A stretch of 64,000 nucleotides of DNA, from the UHGV virus genome UHGV-1332848; one strand, given 5' to 3'. The position numbers were made by a program, and so were the translations under genes. Origin of the DNA: a virus. Of the stretch, positions 56,527 through 64,000 are shown piece after piece. The stretch's first letter is position 1; each line of letters begins with the position of its first letter. Below the pieces are notes generated by a model. That model searched no databases. It had not been told where the DNA came from and saw only the letters and a program-made list of their open reading frames with translations.

Positions 56527-58026
56527 TTATTCTGCATTAAATATAATCTCTTTAGTTATGGTTGCAGTAGATTTATCTAAGAAGCTTGTAGATGCTCTTC
56601 TTACAGTATTTTTTACATTTATAAACTTAATCAAGTTGTGTGTACCTGTTAAATACAACATTGTTGTACTATCATTTGTATAAGTTCCATTCATAATTAT
56701 AGTATTTAAAAATGAAATATCATCAGAACCGCTTGATGATAATAAATAGCTTCCACCAGTTCCATTTATCCATATTGTACAACCAATTATTTTAAATTCA
56801 CATTTGTTATTTATTCCAAATCCCCCGTATGGAGACTTTCCTCTATCGTAATAAATTGAGCAATTTTCAAAGTTGACATAACATTTCCCATTAGAATTCG
56901 TTACCAATCTATTACAGCTATCCTCTATAATTGAATTTCTAATAGTTATTTTAGTATAAGATATACCGTTATTTTCTTTATTAGCTTCTACAAAACTTGA
57001 ATTAACAAGGTTATTAGAGTTGTAAAATACACAATTATCGACTTTAACATTAGAAAGTTCACCTAAAACAATATTTATATTGCTTATGTCAGAATTTTTA
57101 ATGGAAAGTTTAGTTTCCTTATCAGTTGCCCCATACTGAGTCAGTTTTATACCTGCTCCACTAGATATGATAAAACTTCCACTTTTTGAAGTAATAATAT
57201 TAAGATTATCTATAACCGCATCACTTGTTCTAAACACCTCTATTGGATTGAAAGGTAATCTGCTTCCTGTTACTATCATTTTACAATCCTGTAGCTTTGC
57301 ACCACTTATAAATGATTTTTTTCCACTGAATTTAACGGGGGTTTGAGTCGAATTATTTAAATAAGATGGTCTTAATACGTCCAAATCAACAATCCAAGTT
57401 ACATTCTTGTATACTATGTTATGTAAACAAGTTGCATAACCTTGCTGTTGAATTATACAATTTTCTACAAGTAAGTTACTAGCAAAATTAACGACCTCAT
57501 TATCATTTAAACTTCCTATATTTATTACTGATTGGTATGCTTTTCCCTTTGTATAAATATTTTTTATAGTTACATTAAATTCTGTTATTTTTGTACTATC
57601 ATATCTAAAATAAAATAAATCATAAAAATCAGTATCATCTGTGAGTGTTATTTTAGTTGTATCGACCGTAAAGTCTCGATAACTTGAATCATGCATATTT
57701 AAACATTTAAAAATACCACTAACACCATTTGGAGAATTATTATCTAAATATATAACAGTTTCTTCACCAGCACCAATTAAATCAATGTTAGGATAAGCTT
57801 CTATAAAACAGTCTCCTTTAGAAGTTTTAGTTTTAAAATAGTAATTCTCTTGATTAAGTTTTATTTTTCCTTTCTTGCCATTTAAATAATCGTATGCTCT
57901 TTGGAGTCTAGGTGCATCATCCATTTCTAGTGTCAATCGTGGAAACTGATTAATATTTACTGTTGCAATATGTTCCAATGACGCACTATGTTCTTTTATT
58001 TTACTTTCTACTTCTCTGTATAACAT
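56527..58026 (-). CDS. tail fibre/receptor-binding-like protein (predicted beta-helix, N/S/T/I-rich repeats)
   Basis: 499 aa, Asn/Ile/Thr-rich repetitive segments. N-terminal 18 aa identical to the product of 62159..63472. RBS AAGGAGGTGAATG. Confidence 0.35.
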   Translation of the reverse strand: MLYREVESKIKEHSASLEHIATVNINQFPRLTLEMDDAPRLQRAYDYLNGKKGKIKLNQENYYFKTKTSKGDCFIEAYPNIDLIGAGEETVIYLDNNSPNGVSGIFKCLNMHDSSYRDFTVDTTKITLTDDTDFYDLFYFRYDSTKITEFNVTIKNIYTKGKAYQSVINIGSLNDNEVVNFASNLLVENCIIQQQGYATCLHNIVYKNVTWIVDLDVLRPSYLNNSTQTPVKFSGKKSFISGAKLQDCKMIVTGSRLPFNPIEVFRTSDAVIDNLNIITSKSGSFIISSGAGIKLTQYGATDKETKLSIKNSDISNINIVLGELSNVKVDNCVFYNSNNLVNSSFVEANKENNGISYTKITIRNSIIEDSCNRLVTNSNGKCYVNFENCSIYYDRGKSPYGGFGINNKCEFKIIGCTIWINGTGGSYLLSSSGSDDISFLNTIIMNGTYTNDSTTMLYLTGTHNLIKFINVKNTVRRASTSFLDKSTATITKEIIFNAE

Positions 58027-58041
58027 TCGTCATTCACCTCC

Positions 58042-58317
58042 TTATTCCTTAGCCAAGATCACAATTTTGCAGTTCATAGGCTCACCATTGTAAATCTTTA
58101 TTGTATTTGAATCAATTATTTCTATATTATTCATTGACAGGGAAGTATTATCTTTAAAAATACTAATTGTCAAATTATCAGTTCTTAAATTATGAGTTAC
58201 ATTAGTTGTATATTCATTTCCAATCAAAGTCCAATCAGATATAATCACATTCTTAATTGACTGTTTTATATTTCCTCCTCCAGAGAATATGCCGAATCTA
58301 AAATCATTTATAAACAC
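58042..58317 (-). CDS. hypothetical protein
   Basis: 91-aa ORF just upstream (on the minus strand) of the tail fibre-like gene. Confidence 0.45.
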   Translation of the reverse strand: MFINDFRFGIFSGGGNIKQSIKNVIISDWTLIGNEYTTNVTHNLRTDNLTISIFKDNTSLSMNNIEIIDSNTIKIYNGEPMNCKIVILAKE

Positions 58318-58325
58318 ATCACCAC

Positions 58326-58619
58326 CTACATTCCTAACAAGATATCATAATTAGTTCCTACAGGAGCTTTAATTTTTAAACTAACCCAAGGAACAAAATT
58401 ATCTAAAATAACAGATTGACCACTTTTAATTTTTATACTTGAAATGCTATTATTTATAGTTCCAACAAATTCACAGTCAGCATCAGCCCAAAGAGTAGCA
58501 TAATAAATATAATTTTTATCATACTTACCTTTAAATAATTCTTCTTCAGCAGAAGTAGTAACTCCGTATTTTTTAATTAATTTTTCATATTGGGTATTAA
58601 AATGTATTAAATTTGCCAA
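58326..58619 (-). CDS. hypothetical protein
   Basis: 97-aa ORF, RBS AAGTAGGTGGG. Confidence 0.45.
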   Translation of the reverse strand: MANLIHFNTQYEKLIKKYGVTTSAEEELFKGKYDKNYIYYATLWADADCEFVGTINNSISSIKIKSGQSVILDNFVPWVSLKIKAPVGTNYDILLGM

Positions 58620-58768
58620 AAACCCACCTACTTTCTTAAATTTTAAAAATTCACACCTCCAAGAATGGCTATATTACTAGCTTTCAGGAGTTGAATTTAT
58701 TTATAAAATGTTGATTTTAACAATTGTATCAAAATAGGGTAGAGAGTTAGCCCTACCCGTAAAAATTA

Positions 58769-59239
58769 TTAAACTTGATATTTAACTTCAGCTAAAACTT
58801 CTTCTATTTTCACCTCGATATATGAATTTATATCTTTTATTCCACCATTTAAAATATCTAACGTCCCATCTGTTAGTTGATTTAATACATTTTCTTTTAC
58901 TTGAACAGCAAGGTGTTTTAATTCTTCCTTGTCAATCTCTCCATCAAGCATAGCCTTTTCAATTAATTCTTTCTTAAGTGTGTTTTCCATAGCGATTATA
59001 TTTGTTTGAATTAATTTTTCAGTTTTCTCTATAGCGTTATTAAACATAGCCTGAACTCTTTCGTCTTCTAGTCTAGCAACCTCGATTTTAGCCTTTTGTG
59101 TAGCCTTAGCAACCCATAAACCAATATAAGCAGTAGCAATAGCGATAAGACCTCCTAAGACAACTGATAGTAATTGTAAAGCACTTTCTTGTAACATTTC
59201 CATTGTAAAATCCCTCCATTTAATTATTTTTATTGACAC
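58769..59239 (-). CDS. membrane-anchored coiled-coil protein
   Basis: TM 'LLSVVLGGLIAIATAYIGLWVA' followed by long charged coiled coil. RBS AATGGAGGGAT. Confidence 0.45.
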   Translation of the reverse strand: MSIKIIKWRDFTMEMLQESALQLLSVVLGGLIAIATAYIGLWVAKATQKAKIEVARLEDERVQAMFNNAIEKTEKLIQTNIIAMENTLKKELIEKAMLDGEIDKEELKHLAVQVKENVLNQLTDGTLDILNGGIKDINSYIEVKIEEVLAEVKYQV

Positions 59240-59357
59240 CTAGACTCAACTAGGTTAAAATACACTTGTTAGAATAATCCATTTCTAACGTAATAGGAGT
59301 TATATCCTATTACCTCACATCAGTGTAATAGGTTTTAGCATTACCTATTGCACTTTT

Positions 59358-59675
59358 TTATTTATCTAATTTATTTTTTATATCAGTTACATCTTTTTTA
59401 ATTTCTTCCATAACGTCAAACTTATCAGCTAGATCAGAAATTATTTCTTGATTTTTATTTATAATATCCTGATTATTGTTTATTATCTCTTGGTTCTTGT
59501 TTATCGTATTTTGCATTTTTTCTTCTCTATTTTTACTTTCCAGTTCCCTTTCCCTACTTTCTTCTCTAGTATCCTCAACAAGTTTGTTATAGTCTTTTCT
59601 TTGATAAAACCACATAATAGCCATCAATCCCAAGATAGGACTAGATTTAAATATATCTACAAACATTGATTCCAT
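59358..59675 (-). CDS. BhlA/UviB-like holin-type small membrane protein
   Basis: 105 aa. N-terminal TM 'ILGLMAIMWFY' then N/Q/E-rich coiled coil, the architecture of the BhlA/UviB family. RBS AAGGAGGTAT. Confidence 0.35.
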   Translation of the reverse strand: MESMFVDIFKSSPILGLMAIMWFYQRKDYNKLVEDTREESRERELESKNREEKMQNTINKNQEIINNNQDIINKNQEIISDLADKFDVMEEIKKDVTDIKNKLDK

Positions 59676-59804
59676 TCAAATACCTCCTTATTTATGTTTT
59701 ATTTTTATGTTTCGTAAGGAGGTATTGAATAGTGATTTTTACTATGCAAAATAGTGATAGGGCAATAATAAATTTCATTTTAACCGCCTCCTTTTTTTAA
59801 TTTA

Positions 59805-60813
59805 TTATTTCTCAAATAGTTTATTAGCTTCTTCAGAATCGTCTCTTAAATCATAATGATTTGAAGTGGTAGAAATATCATTATGTTGACCAACATATTT
59901 GCTGACTACCTTTATATCTTTACCTTGTTCTAACAAATATGTTATAGCACTAGCTTTAAATAAGTGAGGATTTATTCTTCTGCCTAATATATCTGATAAG
60001 GTATCAGAACAAAAGAAATCAGCCCATTCCAAACCTATTTGGATAACTTCATCTTTGAACTTTTTAGCAAATATATATTTACTTTCAAAACCTCTTTTTT
60101 CTAACCACAACCTACAATACTTCAAAACTTCTTCATTAGCCATATATCTTACACGTTTGCCGTCATCAGATTTACCTTTTTCTCTAACGTAATTTGTATT
60201 AACGAACGTTCTACCTTCTGGAATTTCTTGGTATACAAAACTGGTTTCAAATTGTCTTATTCCTCCACGTCTAGCACCAGTATTAAAAGCACACACAACC
60301 CAAGCTAATCCCATGTAATTTTCATCATCCATTAATGTTTCTTTTAATATTTCATATTCTTCTTTAGAGATAGGTATTTTCTCATAAACATGGTTTTTGG
60401 GAATGTCTTTAAATGCTTTTGTAAAGTTTCTAAAATTCTTATATTCTTCAAAATCATCATCTTCAGCAATTACATCTTCTATATACGCACATAGAGTACT
60501 AACTGATGATTTTTTAAATCTCAAACCTGAACCGCTCATCCCTCTATTTGTTAAATAACTCATATACCTATTAAAATCTCTTTTCTTTATTTTATATAAG
60601 GGTTTATCATTACAAGATGAATATATCCAATATATAAATTGCTTTAATCCTGATATATATTGTCTTTTAGTGGCTGGAGATAGTTGAGGATTCATTTGCA
60701 AAAATTCTTCCATCATATCTCTATTTTCTTTATTACACAAGTTATACATTTCATCCGTTACTGAAGGAAGTTTTAATGCTCTTTCTCTAATCATATTTTT
60801 ATTTATTGTCAAA
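59805..60813 (-). CDS. tyrosine recombinase/integrase
   Basis: C-terminal 'HLFKASAITYLLEQGKDIKVVSKYVGQHNDISTTSNHYDL' matches the XerC/D-type box II (H..[RK]...LGH....TT..Y.). TTG start at 60813 is 7 nt after RBS AAGGAGG, so the track start 60860 is probably too far upstream. Confidence 0.7.
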
Positions 60814-61006
60814 TAAATACCTCCTTTATGTTTAATTTCGCATTTTATTTCGTTTTTCAAACTTAACCATATATGACCATATAGTTATTTTAAGGCTTTA
60901 TAAATAACCTTTATTACTCTTAGCCATATTCATTTAATCAGCATTTATTAGATATTTTTTATAACCATGTTGAAAAATATTTAACCATATAGTATAATTT
61001 GCTTAA

Positions 61007-61258
61007 ATGATGCATATACTAGGAGGTTACATTTTGTTTAATATAAATGGTTATCAAATAAAAGAGGGGAATGAATATCTAAAACACCCAAGAACAAAGG
61101 TCACAACAACTATAAGAAGTGAATATTACACAGAATATAAAAAGTTGATGAGTGCGATAGGTGAAGAATATTGTAAGGGCTTTGATATAATGATTGAATT
61201 ACTAAGTCAAAACGAAGAATTACTAGATGAATTTGTATCAAGAGTTAAAAAATACTAA
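61007..61258 (+). CDS. hypothetical protein (only plus-strand gene of this block, divergent from recombinase)
   Basis: 83-aa ORF, RBS TAGGAGGTTA. Confidence 0.45.
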   Translation: MMHILGGYILFNINGYQIKEGNEYLKHPRTKVTTTIRSEYYTEYKKLMSAIGEEYCKGFDIMIELLSQNEELLDEFVSRVKKY

Positions 61259-61394
61259 CTCAATACATAGTTTATATAACTACAACATGTAGTAATCAAA
61301 ATATATAAAACTTCAATTTTAAATAAAATTCAAATTAGTAATTATAAGTACAGTAGGGGAGTTAAAATTTAAATTCTCCTACAAATCAACCCTA

Positions 61395-61961
61395 TTATTT
61401 TTGCTTTTTCTTTTTTAATTTATTATTCCTCAACGTTTCTTCACGCTTTTTAGATTTTGCAATTTCTTTAATGGCAGTTTCATATAACAATTCCTCATCG
61501 TATTCACAATCATAAAATTCTATTCTTGATCCTTCAATTCCTTTATGGTATTCAACGGTGATAGTTAATTCTTTTATGCATAAATAACTATCATCAACTA
61601 ATACGCCACTAGCTTCAGCAGTAAGACCATCTAAAATCATCTTCGGAGTATAATTGTCAATATCTTTTCTCCTTGAAGTAGAATTGTAAACCACATATTT
61701 ACATTTACAATTTGATATTCCTAAATCTTCTAAGCCATAATGTTTTACCACATAAACAACGAAATCTTTCCAGTCTTGTTTCAGTTTATTCATAGTTATT
61801 CTCTGCAAAATCACCCATTTATTCAAAGATGGATGACTAGGGTTATCTATTGGTCTTTTTTTACTTCTTGGATGCTTTTTAAAATATTCTTTTGTCCAAT
61901 TCTCCAAAAGTTCCTCCGTAAACTCTATTACTATTTTTTCATTATTCATCCTTAACCTCAT
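61395..61961 (-). CDS. rusA: RusA-like Holliday junction resolvase
   Basis: 'RRKDIDNYTPKMILDGL' fits the RusA D.DN..K...D.L catalytic signature. 188 aa with N-terminal extension. Confidence 0.6.
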   Translation of the reverse strand: MRLRMNNEKIVIEFTEELLENWTKEYFKKHPRSKKRPIDNPSHPSLNKWVILQRITMNKLKQDWKDFVVYVVKHYGLEDLGISNCKCKYVVYNSTSRRKDIDNYTPKMILDGLTAEASGVLVDDSYLCIKELTITVEYHKGIEGSRIEFYDCEYDEELLYETAIKEIAKSKKREETLRNNKLKKKKQK

Positions 61962-62158
61962 TTTCTATTTCAATATAAAATGACTAGCCAAATCAATGAC
62001 TAGTCAAAGTATTTAATTAATTATTTTATTGCGTAATATTTATCAATTTACTAGTAATAACACTTGCTAGGTGAGCTAATTTCCTTATAACTATCATCTT
62101 TATCCCTCGCCTAGCATTATTTTTTATAATAAATAAAAAAGACTAGCTTTCACTACTC

Positions 62159-63472
62159 TTAGATTCCACCACCAAATATTGAATTATAAGCTTCTTCATA
62201 CATCTCTATATGACCATTGGCGTTCGGATGTATTTTATCTTCTTGTAATAATGTTAAATCATTTTTAAAAGTATTAAAGAAGTCTATACAGATAATTTTT
62301 TCTTTAGAGCATAATCGTCTCACTTTATTATTATACTCTATTATCCAAGCCCAACTTTGACTATTTACAGCCGAGGTATTTTTTGTTCTATCCATAGGTG
62401 GGCAAGTACAAACAACTGGAATTGCTCCATTTCCTTTACATTGCCATATAGCTTGTCTTAATTGATTTATTGCTGTATTAATATCAGTACCAGTACCATC
62501 AATTCTTGAATTATTTGTACCACCAAGAATAGTTACTAAATCATAACCTTTAAGTATATTATTAACTACCTGACTTAATATAACTTCCATATTTGAGCCA
62601 CTAACTGCAACATTTTCACTTTGAACTTCTGCATTTAATTCTTTAATTTTATTATATAATAAAGTAGTCCATCGTTCTTCTGTATTTACTCCTGCTCCAA
62701 ATGTTAAGCTATCTCCGACATGAAGAATTTTATCTACTTTGTTAGGTAAAATATCGAATTTATATTCCTTAACCCAAGGATTTTCAAATACTATATTTTT
62801 AATCCATGTATCTATATTTGTAGACCCATTATAAATACCAAATCCAAATAATCCTATACTTTCTCTTAAAGTAAAACAACTTGAGACATCTTCATCGAAT
62901 AAAGCACTCCCATTCATATAAACACTAAATCTAGTACCTATAAATCTAACAGATAGATTTATACCTTCACCATTTTTCGGAACAATTTGATTAACATCAT
63001 AACTAATTGCTTTAGCTCTTTCGAAAGCTCCATTTGTAGTTTTACCTAGCCAAAGTTGTTTAAAATTAAAAAATAATAAGCATGAAAAGTAATCTGTTTT
63101 ATTTTTCCCTTTAAAATTTATTGCTACAGCATTGTTGTCCGTAGAATTTATATCAAATCCTTTTATTGTAACTCCTATTTCACCATCTTGAATTAACTTA
63201 GTCTTATGAAAAATATTCACTCCATGAGTATTAAATTGAGTGAAAGTAGGTTTAAGTGTTTCATCACTGAATATCCAATCGCCCTGTTCTTGATTAGGTG
63301 TTAACCAACAACTTTTTTTCCAATCTTCTTGACCATTAAAAAGATTTATAAATTCTAATTTTGTTCTATTTATTAGACTTGATACATTATTATTTTCTTT
63401 ATTTATAGTATTCATTTGTTCCAATGACGCACTATGTTCTTTTATTTTACTTTCTACTTCTCTATATAGCAT
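62159..63472 (-). CDS. SGNH/GDSL hydrolase (esterase) with N-terminal ~250-aa binding domain; receptor-binding/depolymerase-like
   Basis: Block I 'ILHVGDSLTFGAG', block III 'ILGGTNNS', block V 'DKIHPNANGH'. N-terminal 18 aa identical to the product of 56527..58026. Confidence 0.7.
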   Translation of the reverse strand: MLYREVESKIKEHSASLEQMNTINKENNNVSSLINRTKLEFINLFNGQEDWKKSCWLTPNQEQGDWIFSDETLKPTFTQFNTHGVNIFHKTKLIQDGEIGVTIKGFDINSTDNNAVAINFKGKNKTDYFSCLLFFNFKQLWLGKTTNGAFERAKAISYDVNQIVPKNGEGINLSVRFIGTRFSVYMNGSALFDEDVSSCFTLRESIGLFGFGIYNGSTNIDTWIKNIVFENPWVKEYKFDILPNKVDKILHVGDSLTFGAGVNTEERWTTLLYNKIKELNAEVQSENVAVSGSNMEVILSQVVNNILKGYDLVTILGGTNNSRIDGTGTDINTAINQLRQAIWQCKGNGAIPVVCTCPPMDRTKNTSAVNSQSWAWIIEYNNKVRRLCSKEKIICIDFFNTFKNDLTLLQEDKIHPNANGHIEMYEEAYNSIFGGGI

Positions 63473-63504
63473 TTAATAAAATTACCTCCTTTTGTAATTA
63501 ATTT

Positions 63505-64000
63505 TTATATAGCCAAAGGCGTCATGTATCCATAACACACTGTATCAGTATTCAAATCTTTTGATATATTACTTTTAACAAATAATTTATATCCAGTTGC
63601 ATTATAATCTATAGCACCTGATAAATCACCATATGTGATACTTGGACTTAAATTTTTACCATCTATAGTTCTGTCATTTAAATTAACAACAAATGGATTG
63701 ATTTTACCGTTATATAAATTAAAACTTAATAAAAAAGTAGCTGAATTAAAAGTACCCGGGCTAACAACTCCTCCGATAGATATTAAATATTGCTTATTTA
63801 AAAGATTTTTTGCAGGTTCATTAATTAAGTCAGTTGACAAATAAATGTAATTTGAACCTAAAAGTCTATAAGGATTCAATTTAATTCTTTTGGTTAGCTG
63901 ATAATTTACAACATGGTTAATTCCATTAATGTCATTTTCTAATACATTTATCTCTGTTTGTATATTGTTTTTTAGTTCAACAAATTCAATATTTACATCA
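63505..64000 (-). CDS. tail fibre-like protein, C-terminal part (gene continues beyond window end)
   Basis: Minus-strand frame stays open from 63879 to nt 64000 with no stop, so the 124-aa track ORF is the 3' end of a longer gene. Confidence 0.45.
   Translation of the reverse strand, partial: DVNIEFVELKNNIQTEINVLENDINGINHVVNYQLTKRIKLNPYRLLGSNYIYLSTDLINEPAKNLLNKQYLISIGGVVSPGTFNSATFLLSFNLYNGKINPFVVNLNDRTIDGKNLSPSITYGDLSGAIDYNATGYKLFVKSNISKDLNTDTVCYGYMTPLAI

Noticed and set aside
57971-63472. Shufflon/Gin-Hin-type tail-fibre inversion system
   Set aside because: The two identical 5' ends are in direct, not inverted, orientation. Each gene has its own complete N-terminus. The recombinase is a tyrosine type rather than the serine invertase typical of those systems.
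1-64000. tRNA or rRNA genes
   Set aside because: Scanning for T-arm-like GTTCGAATC/GGTTCGA motifs and cloverleaf-sized GC-richer islands found none. The only 'TTCGAAT' lies inside the degenerate CRISPR-like repeat.

Overview
This is an AT-rich (~28-30% GC) Firmicutes/Clostridium-type phage or prophage segment whose gene order resembles the early/replication region of large SPbeta-like phages.

Layout:
- Positions 1-55273 are almost entirely plus-strand. They carry early, DNA-replication and nucleotide-metabolism genes:
  - several DNA methyltransferases (one 5'-truncated at the window edge, one interrupted at a poly-G tract, one DPPY-type, one Dam-like);
  - guanylate-kinase-like and deoxynucleoside kinases;
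  - a DnaB-like helicase, Toprim primase, Cas4-like PD-(D/E)XK nuclease, DNA polymerase III alpha and a RecD-like helicase;
  - an anaerobic ribonucleotide reductase nrdD split by a group I intron that carries an HNH homing endonuclease, followed by nrdG;
  - dUTPase, thymidine kinase, a 5'-deoxynucleotidase-like HAD protein, a nucleoside 2-deoxyribosyltransferase-like protein, a dual-specificity phosphatase and an HslV-like peptidase;
  - dozens of small Cys-rich/Zn-ribbon ORFs.
- Intergenic regions repeatedly carry a palindromic AATAATTAATTAAAA motif, often directly followed by a sigma-A-like TTGACA/TTTACA-17-TAATAT promoter.
- A convergent terminator zone (55275-56020) separates these from minus-strand genes in 56022-64000. 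Those are a hexapeptide acetyltransferase, two receptor-binding-like proteins (beta-helix, SGNH esterase) with identical N-termini, holin-like membrane proteins, a tyrosine recombinase and a RusA resolvase.

Most notable locus (12340-14575): a 449-aa TnpB/Cas12f-like RuvC nuclease with no TnpA. On each side lies a ~200-nt conserved structured scaffold followed by a mini CRISPR-like array of 31-nt repeats with a 65-66 bp period (2 repeats upstream, 4 downstream). The upstream scaffold contains a 20-nt anti-repeat complementary to its repeat. This is a candidate hypercompact phage-encoded type V-like RNA-guided system.

Three ORFs are interrupted at homopolymer tracts and each needs +1 nt to be restored. 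That pattern is equally compatible with homopolymer sequencing error, so the apparent methyltransferase phase variation should be treated cautiously.
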